This document shows, piece after piece, positions 33,260-43,709 of a stretch of 64,000 nucleotides of DNA (positions are counted from its first letter, which is position 1; each line of letters opens with the position of its first letter). This DNA is from an uncultured Pelagibacteraceae bacterium (GTDB lineage: Bacteria > Pseudomonadota > Alphaproteobacteria > Pelagibacterales > Pelagibacteraceae): contig CABYFN010000001.1 in assembly GCA_902518235.1 (NCBI GenBank), positions 34,668 through 98,667 on the forward strand, read 5' to 3'. The position numbers and the translations under genes were made by a program. The notes beneath the pieces are model-generated. The model was given only the letters and a program-made list of their open reading frames with translations. It did not search any database and had not been told where the DNA came from.

Positions 33260-34904
33260 ATTAGATAATCACTTTCAAAATTCTGATAAATTTAATGATA
33301 GCTTTTCATATAAAGAAAATAGGTCTTATCTTAAAATATCTTTTGAGAGAATAGCATTTATTTTTTTTATATTTTTTGTTTTAGCAATTATTTTTTCATC
33401 TAAGGTAATATTATTAAGTATAAAAAAAATCCCTGAAATTCAAAAAATAGTTAAAAAAGATAATTTCAGATCTAGTATTTTAGATAACGAGGGAAATATT
33501 TTAGCCAAAAGTGTTCCTGTAATTAATATAGGGATTAACCCTAATTTAGTAATTAATAAAGAAAAATTGTTAATTTCTCTTAAGTTGATCTTTCCCAACA
33601 AAAGTTTTGATAAGGAAATATATGGAAAAAAATTCTTTTACGTTAAAAAAAAAATAAGTCCTGAAAAACTTGAGCAAGTTCTTCTTTTAGGAGATAAATC
33701 CTTTATTCAAGAGGATAGTATAGCAAGAGTTTATCCGAATGGAAATTTATTTAGTCATGTAATCGGTCAAATTGATAATGATAATAATGGTATATCAGGA
33801 ATTGAAAAAACTTTTGATTATGAGTTAACAACCACAAAAGAACCTTTAAAATTAACCCTTGATAAAGATCTCCAATATTTAATTAAGGAAGAGTTATCAA
33901 AATCCAAAGATATATTTCAAAATATTGGAAGTGCAGCAATTTTAATGGATATTAATGATGGTAACATCTTATCAATGGTATCTCTTCCAGACTTTGATCT
34001 TAATAAAAGAGAAAAAATAAATGATGTAAAATATATTAATAGAGCAACAAAAGGTGTTTATGAATTTGGATCTGTTTTTAAAACATTTACTTTGGCTGCA
34101 GGTTTACAATACAGTGTTGTTGAACCAGAAACACAATTTAAAGATCTTAAAAAAAGAATTACGTGCGCAGGAAACTCTATTTCTGAATATGATGATAAAA
34201 TACCATCAGATTTAACAGCAGAAGAGATACTTATAAGATCAGGAAATATTGGTTCAGTTAGAATAGCTGAAAAAGTTGGTATTGAAAATTATAATGAGTT
34301 TCTTCAAACAATTGGAATTATATCAAATTTAGAATTTGATATACAAGAGGTAGGCACAACCCAATTAGGCAGATGGGGTAAATGTAAACTTGCAACAGTT
34401 GCATTTGGTCATGGGATAGCCACAACCTTACTACAACTTTCAAAAGGCTATTCAATTATAAGTAATGGAGGATATGAAATAACACCTACATTATTAAAAA
34501 AGGAAAAATTACAAAGACACAGAATACTTAATGAAAACTTATCAGAAACAATAAATCCTATTCTAAGAAAAATTGTATCAACAAGAGAAGGAACAGCAGG
34601 CTTTGCCAATGTAAAAGGTTACGAAATAGGTGGAAAAACGGGCACTGCCGATCAGCCCTCACAGGGTGGTTATTCTAAAAAGAAAGTTAATACCTTTGCA
34701 TCAGTTTTTCCAACCTCAGATCCAAAATTTGTGTTAGCAGTAATGTTGGATGAACCCAAAGCTAATAGAGAATTTGTCTATCATTATAGAGATGATAGAT
34801 ATCCCTACAAAGGGAATTGGAGAAATACAGCGGGTTGGACTACTGTCTGGATAACAGGTCAGATAATGGATAAAATCGGGCCAATTTTAGCCACAAAATA
34901 TTAA
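33249..34904 (+). CDS. ftsI: Peptidoglycan D,D-transpeptidase FtsI (PBP3)
   Basis: TM anchor, R..ILD, RVYP, GISGIE, SxxK (GSVFK), SxN (RSGN), KTG (GKTGTA). Confidence 0.93.
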   Translation: MMSELDNHFQNSDKFNDSFSYKENRSYLKISFERIAFIFFIFFVLAIIFSSKVILLSIKKIPEIQKIVKKDNFRSSILDNEGNILAKSVPVINIGINPNLVINKEKLLISLKLIFPNKSFDKEIYGKKFFYVKKKISPEKLEQVLLLGDKSFIQEDSIARVYPNGNLFSHVIGQIDNDNNGISGIEKTFDYELTTTKEPLKLTLDKDLQYLIKEELSKSKDIFQNIGSAAILMDINDGNILSMVSLPDFDLNKREKINDVKYINRATKGVYEFGSVFKTFTLAAGLQYSVVEPETQFKDLKKRITCAGNSISEYDDKIPSDLTAEEILIRSGNIGSVRIAEKVGIENYNEFLQTIGIISNLEFDIQEVGTTQLGRWGKCKLATVAFGHGIATTLLQLSKGYSIISNGGYEITPTLLKKEKLQRHRILNENLSETINPILRKIVSTREGTAGFANVKGYEIGGKTGTADQPSQGGYSKKKVNTFASVFPTSDPKFVLAVMLDEPKANREFVYHYRDDRYPYKGNWRNTAGWTTVWITGQIMDKIGPILATKY

Positions 34905-34915
34905 GAGCGTAAATC

Positions 34916-37762
34916 ATGTTACTCAAAGACTACTTTCCAAATTTACATAAAAAATATCATGAATTAAGTTTTAAAGGGATAGCCTTTAATTCTAAAGAAG
35001 TTAAAAAGGGATACATTTTTTTTGCTTTTAAAGGAAACAATACAGATGGAAATTTCTTTGTAAAAGATGCAATTAAAAAAGGATCTGAAATTATTATCAC
35101 TGACAAATTTAAAATAAATGGTTGGAAAAATAACGTTTTATTTTTAAACGATAAAAATCCTAGAAATTTACTAGCAAAATTTAGCTCTAAAATATTTAAC
35201 AAAAAACCGAATAACATAATAGGTGTTACTGGCACAAATGGTAAATCATCGATAGCAAATTTTTATTTTCAAATTCTTACTCTTAACAGAATTAAAGCAG
35301 CCTCAATTGGTACATTAGGGGTTACTGGTTTAAAAGTTAAAAAAAATTTTTCAAATACTACTTTTGATACTATTCAAATAAACAAAATTTTAAAAAAACT
35401 AAAAGAAAAAAGAATTGAAAATGTTATTTTGGAGGCTTCGAGTCATGGATTAAATCAAAATAGATTAGATGGATTAGAATTTGATATTGGTATATTTACC
35501 AACTTCACAAGAGATCATTTAGATTATCATAAAACTTATAAAAATTATTTAAATTCAAAGTTAATATTATTTAAAAAATTATTGAAAAAAAAGTCTTATG
35601 CTATTTATGATAATAATTTAAAAATTTCTTCTAATTTAAATAAAATTACTAGATTAAATAAAATCAAAAAATTTACTTTAGGAAATACTAAATCAAGTTT
35701 TTCAATAATAGATCATCAATTTTTGAAAGATGAACAGAAAATAACATTCATATTTGATAAAAAAAAATATTCTTTTTCAACAACATTAATTGGAAGAGTT
35801 CAAATTAAAAATTTACTAATGGCAATTATGGCAGCAATGAAAAGTAAAATTTCACTAGAAAAAATTATAAAAACTATACCAAAAATAAAGTCAGTAAATG
35901 GAAGATTAGAGAAGATAGGAAATCTTAATAATTATGGAATAGTGATTCTTGATTATGCCCATACACCAGACGCTTTAAAGACCTGCATTAAAAATGTGAA
36001 GGAACAATTTAAATTTAGAAAAATTAACTTAGTATTTGGATGTGGTGGTGAGCGAGACAAGCCCAAAAGAAAAATAATGGGAAATATTGCTGATAAATAT
36101 TGTGATAAAATATATTTAACAGATGATAATTCAAGAAGTGAAGATCCAATAAAAATAAGAAGAGATATCAAGTCTAATATTTCAAAGAGTAAGGTATTAG
36201 AAATACCATCAAGAGAAAGGGCAATAAAATCAGCAATTATGGATATTAGGTCAAACGAGGTAGTTATTATTGCTGGAAAAGGGCATGAAGTTTACCAAGA
36301 ATATGTCTCTAAAAAATTCTTTTCAGATAAAAAATGTATTGAAAAATTTATTAGGATTAAAAATAAATCTTTAAATAGAAATTGGAAAACAAATATTGTT
36401 TCAGAAATAACTAAAAAGAAAATAGAAAAAAATATTAATATTAATGAGGCTTCAATTGACTCAAGAAAAACAAAAAAAAATAATATTTTCTTTGGTATAA
36501 AAGGAAAGAACTTTGATGGGAATAAATTTGTTAATCAAGCTTTAAATAATGGAGCCTCAATTGCAATTAATCAAAATAAACCAGTCAATCAAGTTAAAAA
36601 TAAAATTTATGTAAAAAATTCTTTAAAAATTTTTTCTGAAAGTGCTAAGCTGGTAAGAATATCTTCTAATATTTCATCTATTGCAATTACAGGATCTGCA
36701 GGTAAGACTTCTTTAAAAGAGATGTTGGGTCAAATGCTAGGTAAATTATGCCAAACATCTTATTCAAAAAAATCTTTTAATAATAAATATGGCGTACCAA
36801 TTTCTTTATTCAACATAAATAAGGAAGATAAAATTGGAATTTTTGAAGTTGGGATGGATAAAAAAGGTGAAATTGACTTTTTAACCAAAAAAATAATGCC
36901 TAATATTGGTGTTATTACAAATATTTCTTATGCACATATTAAAAATTTTAAAAATTTATGGGGCGTAGCTCAAGCCAAATCGGAGATAATAAACAACATT
37001 GCTAAGGATGGATATATTATTTTAAATGCTGATGATAATTTTTTTAGTTTTTTTAAATCTAAATCCATAAAAAAAAAATTAAAAATAGTTACATTTGGGG
37101 TTAAAAAAAAATCAGATGTAAGTCTGATTAATATAAAAAAGAAGAAATTGTTTTCTGTTATTTTAATTAATTATAATAAAAAAAAATTGAAATTTATTGT
37201 TAAAAAAAATTTAGAAAATTATATTTATAATATCTTGTCAACTCTTGCAGTAATATCTATATATTTTGATTTGGAAAAATTAGATAAATTTTTCTTTAAT
37301 AATTATCATTTTCCAGAAGGTAGAGGAGATTTAAACTCAGTTAAATTAAATAAAAAAAAAATTAACCTAATTGATGAAAGTTATAATTCTAACCCTTTAT
37401 CTCTTCAATTTGCATTAAATAAATTAAATAATTTTAATACAAAATCTAAAAGAAAATTAATTCTATTAGGAGACATGCTGGAACTTGGTAAATATTCCAA
37501 AAAACTTCATTCAGAAGCTGCTCAACATATTAATGATACTAAAATCGATAGAGTATATGTTTATGGAAAGGAAGTTATCGAAACATTTAACAAAATTAGA
37601 CCACAAAAAAGAGGAAAAATATTAAACTCAAAAAAAGATATCATAAATTTTTTAAGAAATGATATTAAGGATGGTGAATATCTAATGATAAAAGGTTCAA
37701 ACTCAACTGGGTTAAATAAAATAAGCCAAAGCTTAAAAATAGGCAAATTGAATGCTTTTTAG
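34916..37762 (+). CDS. murE: Bifunctional MurE-MurF ligase fusion
   Basis: N-half is MurE (GVTGTNGKSS, EASSHG, FTNFTRDHLDYH, DYAHTPD, GCGGERD, AGKGHE). C-half is MurF (IDSR, ITGSAGKTS, SFNN, EVGM, DESYNSNP, GDMLELG, KGSN). No stop codon between them. Confidence 0.95.
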   Translation: MLLKDYFPNLHKKYHELSFKGIAFNSKEVKKGYIFFAFKGNNTDGNFFVKDAIKKGSEIIITDKFKINGWKNNVLFLNDKNPRNLLAKFSSKIFNKKPNNIIGVTGTNGKSSIANFYFQILTLNRIKAASIGTLGVTGLKVKKNFSNTTFDTIQINKILKKLKEKRIENVILEASSHGLNQNRLDGLEFDIGIFTNFTRDHLDYHKTYKNYLNSKLILFKKLLKKKSYAIYDNNLKISSNLNKITRLNKIKKFTLGNTKSSFSIIDHQFLKDEQKITFIFDKKKYSFSTTLIGRVQIKNLLMAIMAAMKSKISLEKIIKTIPKIKSVNGRLEKIGNLNNYGIVILDYAHTPDALKTCIKNVKEQFKFRKINLVFGCGGERDKPKRKIMGNIADKYCDKIYLTDDNSRSEDPIKIRRDIKSNISKSKVLEIPSRERAIKSAIMDIRSNEVVIIAGKGHEVYQEYVSKKFFSDKKCIEKFIRIKNKSLNRNWKTNIVSEITKKKIEKNININEASIDSRKTKKNNIFFGIKGKNFDGNKFVNQALNNGASIAINQNKPVNQVKNKIYVKNSLKIFSESAKLVRISSNISSIAITGSAGKTSLKEMLGQMLGKLCQTSYSKKSFNNKYGVPISLFNINKEDKIGIFEVGMDKKGEIDFLTKKIMPNIGVITNISYAHIKNFKNLWGVAQAKSEIINNIAKDGYIILNADDNFFSFFKSKSIKKKLKIVTFGVKKKSDVSLINIKKKKLFSVILINYNKKKLKFIVKKNLENYIYNILSTLAVISIYFDLEKLDKFFFNNYHFPEGRGDLNSVKLNKKKINLIDESYNSNPLSLQFALNKLNNFNTKSKRKLILLGDMLELGKYSKKLHSEAAQHINDTKIDRVYVYGKEVIETFNKIRPQKRGKILNSKKDIINFLRNDIKDGEYLMIKGSNSTGLNKISQSLKIGKLNAF

Positions 37763-38837
37763 TCTATTTTCTAACTTAGTTGAGATCTTTAGTTTTCTAA
37801 ATGTTTTTAAATATTTGACTGTAAGAACTGGTCTGTCAATGTTTACATCAATGACAGTAGTTTTTTTAGTTGGGGGGCCACTTATCAATTATTTTTCTTC
37901 ACATCAAATTCATGACCCAATTAGAGAGGATGGACCTAGTGAACATATCGTCAAAAAAATAGGAACTCCCACAATGGGAGGTTTAATGATTTTACTGGGT
38001 ATTTTCTCAGGTGTTTTATTATGGGGTGATTTTTCAAACCCTTACAATTGGTTCTTACTTTATATAGCAGGATCTTTTGGATTACTTGGAGGCTATGACG
38101 ATTATCAAAAAATAAAAAAAAATAATTCAAACGGCATAAGTTCTAAATTAAAGATTGTAATTCAAATAATATTAGCTTTAGGTGGAATTTTTATTCTTTA
38201 TTTTTACAGTGGATCTAATGAACTTGAAAACTTGTATTTTCCATTTTTTAAAAATTTAATAATTAATTTAGGTTGGTTTTTTATTCCATTTTATCTATTT
38301 GTTATTGTAGGATCGTCTAATGCAGTAAATTTGACCGATGGGCTTGATGGTTTAGCTACCGTACCTGTAATATTGGTTGCAGCTTGTTTTGCATTTATTA
38401 GTTATGTATCAGGAAATATAGTTTTTTCAGGATATTTACAAATTACATATATTGAAGGAGTAGGAGAAGCATCTATTTTCTGTGGATCAATAATAGGATC
38501 TTGTCTAGGTTTCTTATGGTTTAATGCTCCACCAGCTAAAATATTTATGGGTGATACAGGATCTTTAGCCCTAGGAGGATCATTAGGAGCGGTTGGAATT
38601 ATCACCAAACATGAAATTGTTTTAGCAATTACTGGTGGGTTGTTTGTTTTAGAAGCAGTCTCCGTAATTGTGCAAGTGATATCATTCAAACTTACCGGAA
38701 AAAGGATATTTAAAATGGCCCCGATCCACCATCATTTTGAAAAAAAGGGCTGGCCAGAGTCAACTGTAGTTATAAGATTTTGGATAATATCAATTATTTT
38801 AGCAATGATAGGGTTAGCAACATTAAAACTAAGATAA
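37752..38837 (+). CDS. mraY: Phospho-N-acetylmuramoyl-pentapeptide transferase
   Basis: KIGTPTMGG, NAVNLTDGLDGL, IFMGDTGS, MAPIHHHFE. Confidence 0.97.
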   Translation: MLFSLFSNLVEIFSFLNVFKYLTVRTGLSMFTSMTVVFLVGGPLINYFSSHQIHDPIREDGPSEHIVKKIGTPTMGGLMILLGIFSGVLLWGDFSNPYNWFLLYIAGSFGLLGGYDDYQKIKKNNSNGISSKLKIVIQIILALGGIFILYFYSGSNELENLYFPFFKNLIINLGWFFIPFYLFVIVGSSNAVNLTDGLDGLATVPVILVAACFAFISYVSGNIVFSGYLQITYIEGVGEASIFCGSIIGSCLGFLWFNAPPAKIFMGDTGSLALGGSLGAVGIITKHEIVLAITGGLFVLEAVSVIVQVISFKLTGKRIFKMAPIHHHFEKKGWPESTVVIRFWIISIILAMIGLATLKLR

Positions 38838-40141
38838 TGAATGATAGACAAGTATTTTTTAAAAATAAGAATATTTTAATATATGGTATTGGTAAATCTG
38901 GAATATCTTGTTTTAATTTTTTAAGGAAAAATAATATCTGTAAAATATTTGATGATAATTTAAATAATATCCCGTTCAAACTAAGAAAAGAATTAATTAA
39001 TGTTTATAAATTATCACTTATTAGCTTTGATTATATTGTTCTAAGTCCAGGTATTGATATTAAAAAATGTAAAATTTCTAATTACTTAAAAAAAAATAAG
39101 TCTAAAATTATTACAGAGCTTGATATATTTGAAATAAGTTATCCAAAAATAAATAAAATCACAATTACAGGAACAAATGGTAAATCGACTACCTCAAAAC
39201 TGCTCTACGAGGTTCTGAAAAACAATAAGATGGATGTAAGGTTAACTGGTAATATTGGATATCCAGTATTAATGGAGAAAAAAATTAAAAAAAATACAAT
39301 TTTTGTGATTGAGGCATCCTCTTATCAACTTGATTATAGTAAATATTTTAGATCTAAGTATTCAGTGATACTTAATTTGTATCCAGACCATCTAGAAAGG
39401 CATGGAACTTTTAAAAATTATGCAGAGGCTAAATTTAAGATTGTTAAATCACAAGGTAAAAATGATTATACTTTTTTAGATAAAGAAAATAAATTTCTAA
39501 GTCACTTAATTAAAAAACATCGATTAAAATCAAAAATTATAAAGATCAACTATTTAAAATATAAAAAATATTTTCAACAAATAGATAACGCTTACTTTAA
39601 TAATTCTAGCAACAAAAAGAATCTTAGTTATGTTTTGGCAATTGCTAAGACATTAAATATAAATATGAAGAAAGTAATAAATACTGCAAACAAATTTAAA
39701 GGATTAAATTATAGGCAACAAATAATTCATAAATCAAAAAATTTATTAATTATAAATGACTCGAAATCAACTAGTTTTTCATCAACAGTTCCATTACTTG
39801 AAACTTACGAAAATATTTATTGGATATTGGGAGGTCAGGCTAAAAAGGGAGATAAGTTCAAATTAAAAAGAAAATATTTTTCAAATATCATAGCATATAT
39901 TTATGGCAAAGATAGAAATTTTTTAATTAATTCATTACAAAATAAAATTTTTTATAAAAGTTCTTTATCACTTAAAGAAGCCATTAGAAATTTAAATAAT
40001 AACATTAAAAATGACAAGCAAAAGAAGGTAATTCTTTTTAGTCCCTGCGCTGCTTCTTTTGATCAATTTAAGAATTTTGAGGAAAGAGGAAAATTTTTTA
40101 ATAATAGCATTCAATATATATTTAAAGAAAACAAAATATGA
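38837..40141 (+). CDS. murD: UDP-N-acetylmuramoyl-L-alanine--D-glutamate ligase
   Basis: GIGKSG, LSPGI, ITGTNGKSTT, GNIG, EASSYQL, DHLERH, NDSKST, SPCAASFDQF. Start moved to the ATG overlapping the mraY stop (38837). Confidence 0.95.
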   Translation: MNDRQVFFKNKNILIYGIGKSGISCFNFLRKNNICKIFDDNLNNIPFKLRKELINVYKLSLISFDYIVLSPGIDIKKCKISNYLKKNKSKIITELDIFEISYPKINKITITGTNGKSTTSKLLYEVLKNNKMDVRLTGNIGYPVLMEKKIKKNTIFVIEASSYQLDYSKYFRSKYSVILNLYPDHLERHGTFKNYAEAKFKIVKSQGKNDYTFLDKENKFLSHLIKKHRLKSKIIKINYLKYKKYFQQIDNAYFNNSSNKKNLSYVLAIAKTLNINMKKVINTANKFKGLNYRQQIIHKSKNLLIINDSKSTSFSSTVPLLETYENIYWILGGQAKKGDKFKLKRKYFSNIIAYIYGKDRNFLINSLQNKIFYKSSLSLKEAIRNLNNNIKNDKQKKVILFSPCAASFDQFKNFEERGKFFNNSIQYIFKENKI

Positions 40142-41247
40142 ATAAATATTATGATAGTATTTATGATTGGTGGAAAAATATAGATAAAATTCTACTGTTT
40201 TTAATTTTAGGTTTATTCTTACTTGGTCTTTTTTTTTCCTTAGTTTCAACATCTTTAATAGCTTCTGATAAATTAGATACAAAATCCTATTATTTTTTTT
40301 TCAAACACTCTGCTTATATAATTTTAGCTATTGTGATCTTAATTGTGTTTTCATTTTTAAATCAAAAAATTCTAACTAAATTTTCGCTAATTTTATTCTT
40401 GATCGCATTTTTAAGTTTAATGCTAGTTCCTTTTCTTGGTATTGAAGTAAAAGGCTCAAAAAGATGGCTAGATTTAATCTTTTTACCAAGATTTCAGCCG
40501 GTTGAGATAATTAAGCCTTTTTTTATAGTAACATTATCTTTAATGTTAACTATTCAAAATAGACGACTGTATTTTAAATATTTTTTAAGCACTTTATTAA
40601 TTTTTCCCATATTAATGTTACTTGTTTATCAACCGGATATTGGACAAACACTTTTAATATCAATGGTATGGTTAGCCTTAATTTTTGTTTCTGGCATTAA
40701 TATATTTGTTTTTTTTGTGTTCTTTTTTTTGGTTGGATCAGTTGTAAGTTATTTAGTTATGTTTGTTTCTAAATTTGAATATATAAAAATTAGACTCTTA
40801 GCTTTTTTAGATTCAAACTCGGGTAATAATTATCAAGCTGAAAAGGCAAGTGATGCCATTATGAATGGTGGATTTTTTGGTAAGGGAATTGGAGAAGGCA
40901 CACTGAATACCAGAGTTCCTGAAGCCCATACTGATTACATAGTTTCAGTTATTTCTGAAGAATTTGGTGCAATAATAGTTATCGGAATATTACTTTTGTA
41001 CCTTATTTTCTCATATAAAATAATTCAAAAAATCAAAATATTAAATGAAGACTTGTTGAAACTAATTTTGATTGGATGCGTCTCTTTGATTTTATTACAA
41101 ACCTTTATACATGTAGGTGTTAATATTAGATTGTTACCAACGACGGGTATGACATTACCATTTTTGAGCTATGGTGGTTCCTCAATAGTTAGCACTGCAA
41201 TTGTGTCAGGAATAATTTTAAATCTAACAAAAAGAAAAATAGACTAA
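40138..41247 (+). CDS. ftsW: SEDS peptidoglycan polymerase FtsW
   Basis: GSKRW, FQPVE..K, QPDIG, PEAHTDY, TGMTLPFLSYGGSS. Confidence 0.95.
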   Translation: MNKYYDSIYDWWKNIDKILLFLILGLFLLGLFFSLVSTSLIASDKLDTKSYYFFFKHSAYIILAIVILIVFSFLNQKILTKFSLILFLIAFLSLMLVPFLGIEVKGSKRWLDLIFLPRFQPVEIIKPFFIVTLSLMLTIQNRRLYFKYFLSTLLIFPILMLLVYQPDIGQTLLISMVWLALIFVSGINIFVFFVFFFLVGSVVSYLVMFVSKFEYIKIRLLAFLDSNSGNNYQAEKASDAIMNGGFFGKGIGEGTLNTRVPEAHTDYIVSVISEEFGAIIVIGILLLYLIFSYKIIQKIKILNEDLLKLILIGCVSLILLQTFIHVGVNIRLLPTTGMTLPFLSYGGSSIVSTAIVSGIILNLTKRKID

Positions 41248-41251
41248 ATCT

Positions 41252-42328
41252 ATGAAAAAAATACTTATTGTAACTGGTGGATCTGGTGGTCATGTAATTC
41301 CGTCGTTAAGTATATATGATATTTTAAAAGATAATTTTGAAGTACAAATAGTAACAGATTTAAGAGGATCAAAATATATTAATAATAATGATTACAACTA
41401 TTCACTTATAGATGTCCCAAATTTATTTTCAAATTTTTTATTACTTCCATTTAATTTAATAAAGTTTTGTATTTCAATACTAAAATCTTACAAGTACCTA
41501 AAATTAAATAATTATAATACTTTAATTAGTACTGGAGGGTATATGTCATTACCTTTGTGTTTAGCATCAAATTTATTGAGTATAAAAACTTATATTTTTG
41601 AACCAAACTCAGTTATAGGTAAAGCAAATAAGTTAACACTAACCTTTGCTAAAAAAGTTATTTGCTATGATAAAAATTTAAAAGGTATTTCTAAAAAATT
41701 CTTAAGTAAGATTTACCCGATCAAACCACTACTTAGAAAAGAAATCTATAAATATCAAAGAAATGAAAAAACAATTTTAGATAAACAAAAAAAAATACTA
41801 ATAATTGGAGGAAGCCAAGGGGCAAAATTTTTCGATGAATTCATTTCCAAAACAATTATAAAACTTTCAAAAACACAGAATATTAGTATTTTACAACAGG
41901 TAATTGATCAAAAATCAAAAGAATTTATAAAAGATTTGTATCAAAAAAATTCTATAGAAAATGAATTATTTGACTTTGATGATAAATTATTAACAAAAGC
42001 TGTAAATTATGATTTAGCTATAACACGGTCTGGCGCATCTGCAATTTCAGAATTAGCTTATTTAAATATTCCATTTGTGGCAATTCCATTTCCGTATGCT
42101 AAAGACAATCATCAATATTACAATGCAGAATTTTATGAAAAAAATAAATGCTGTTGGTTAATTATGCAAAAAGATATCGATGAAAATAACTTCATAGATT
42201 TAATGAGTAAAATATTCGAAAATAAAAATGAATATTTTTCTAAAAAAAAAAATTTGATAGAACTAACTAAAGAGAATACTTGGGAAAAAAATAAATCTAA
42301 AATGATTGAACTTATAAATGAAAATTGA
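41252..42328 (+). CDS. murG: Lipid II GlcNAc transferase MurG
   Basis: GGSGGHVIP, GGY, EPNSVIGKAN, GGSQGA, RSGAS, HQYYNA. Confidence 0.95.
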   Translation: MKKILIVTGGSGGHVIPSLSIYDILKDNFEVQIVTDLRGSKYINNNDYNYSLIDVPNLFSNFLLLPFNLIKFCISILKSYKYLKLNNYNTLISTGGYMSLPLCLASNLLSIKTYIFEPNSVIGKANKLTLTFAKKVICYDKNLKGISKKFLSKIYPIKPLLRKEIYKYQRNEKTILDKQKKILIIGGSQGAKFFDEFISKTIIKLSKTQNISILQQVIDQKSKEFIKDLYQKNSIENELFDFDDKLLTKAVNYDLAITRSGASAISELAYLNIPFVAIPFPYAKDNHQYYNAEFYEKNKCCWLIMQKDIDENNFIDLMSKIFENKNEYFSKKKNLIELTKENTWEKNKSKMIELINEN

Positions 42329-43709
42329 TTTAGGAAAAAACGAACTTATTCATTTTGTTGGCATCGGAGGCATAGGGATGAGTGGTTTAGCTTTAATTAT
42401 GAATGGATTGGGCTACAAAGTTCAAGGTAGCGATATTGCTAATAATCGAAATATTGAAAGATTGGGTGAAAAAAAAATAAAAGTATTCATCAAACATAAA
42501 AAAGAAAATATAAAAAAAACTTCTATGTTAGTGATTTCTTCGGCAATTAAAAAAAACAACCCTGAAGTTGTAGAGGCAATGAAAAAAAATTTACCAATTT
42601 ATACAAGAGGAGATATGTTGGGTCATATTGTATCGTTTATGAGAAATGTTGTTGTAACTGGTTCACATGGAAAAACAACAACGACATCGTTGGTATCAAG
42701 TATTTTTACATCAGGCAATTTAGATCCAACTATTATTAATGGCGGTGTATTAAATTCATTTGGTAATTCTGCAAAATTAGGAAAAAGTAACTGGTGTGTA
42801 ACCGAATCCGATGAGTCGGATGGAAGCTTTTTAAAAATTCCTTTTACATATTCTATCGCAACCAATCTAGACTCAGAACATTTAGATTTTTATAAAAATA
42901 TAAATAATTTAAAAAAATGTTTTACAAAATTTATAGAAAAAATACCATCTGTAGGTAAGGGTTTTGTTTGTAATGACGATCAAAATCTTAAAAATATTAT
43001 AAGAAAGACAAAAAATAAGAATTTTTATACATACGGTAAAGATAAAAAGTCAAATTTCCAAATAGTAAATATAAAACAAACTTCTAATTTTTCTAGTTTC
43101 GATATTAAAATAAATATACCAAATAAAAAAAAAATTATTAAAAGAATTAAGCTTCCAATGATTGGAATTCATAATATTCGGAATGCAACAGCTGCAATTT
43201 CTTTAGCATTTACAATAGGATTGCCTGAAAAGTGTATCAAAGCTGGACTATATAATTTTAAAGGTGTTCAGAGAAGGTTTTCTCATTTATTTGATCACAA
43301 TAAGATAAGCTTTTATGATGATTATGCCCATCATCCAACAGAAATAAGTTCAGTTTTAAGTGGTGTTGAAAAAGTTTACAAAAATAAAGAAATTGTCTGT
43401 GTTTTCCAACCGCACAGAATTTCAAGAGTAATGAGTTTGAAAAAAGAATTTTCAAAATGTTTTAAAAAAGCAGATATAGTTTTATTGTGTCCCATTTATA
43501 CAGCTAATGAAAAATTAAGGCTTAATTTTACATATCATTCCTTTGCAAAATTAATAATAAAAAATTCTAATGTCAGGTTAATACAAGTTGAAGATGAATT
43601 ACAATTACAAAAGTTTATAAAACAGAATGTGTTTGGTAAAAAAATTTATATAGGAATGGGTGCAGGATCTATATCAAATTGGATGAAGAATTTGAAAAAT
43701 ATATTTTAA
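42318..43709 (+). CDS. murC: UDP-N-acetylmuramate--L-alanine ligase
   Basis: HFVGIGGIGMSG, GSHGKTTTT, ESDESDGSF, EHLDFY, DDYAHHPTE, FQPHR, GAG. Confidence 0.97.
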   Translation: MKIDLGKNELIHFVGIGGIGMSGLALIMNGLGYKVQGSDIANNRNIERLGEKKIKVFIKHKKENIKKTSMLVISSAIKKNNPEVVEAMKKNLPIYTRGDMLGHIVSFMRNVVVTGSHGKTTTTSLVSSIFTSGNLDPTIINGGVLNSFGNSAKLGKSNWCVTESDESDGSFLKIPFTYSIATNLDSEHLDFYKNINNLKKCFTKFIEKIPSVGKGFVCNDDQNLKNIIRKTKNKNFYTYGKDKKSNFQIVNIKQTSNFSSFDIKINIPNKKKIIKRIKLPMIGIHNIRNATAAISLAFTIGLPEKCIKAGLYNFKGVQRRFSHLFDHNKISFYDDYAHHPTEISSVLSGVEKVYKNKEIVCVFQPHRISRVMSLKKEFSKCFKKADIVLLCPIYTANEKLRLNFTYHSFAKLIIKNSNVRLIQVEDELQLQKFIKQNVFGKKIYIGMGAGSISNWMKNLKNIF

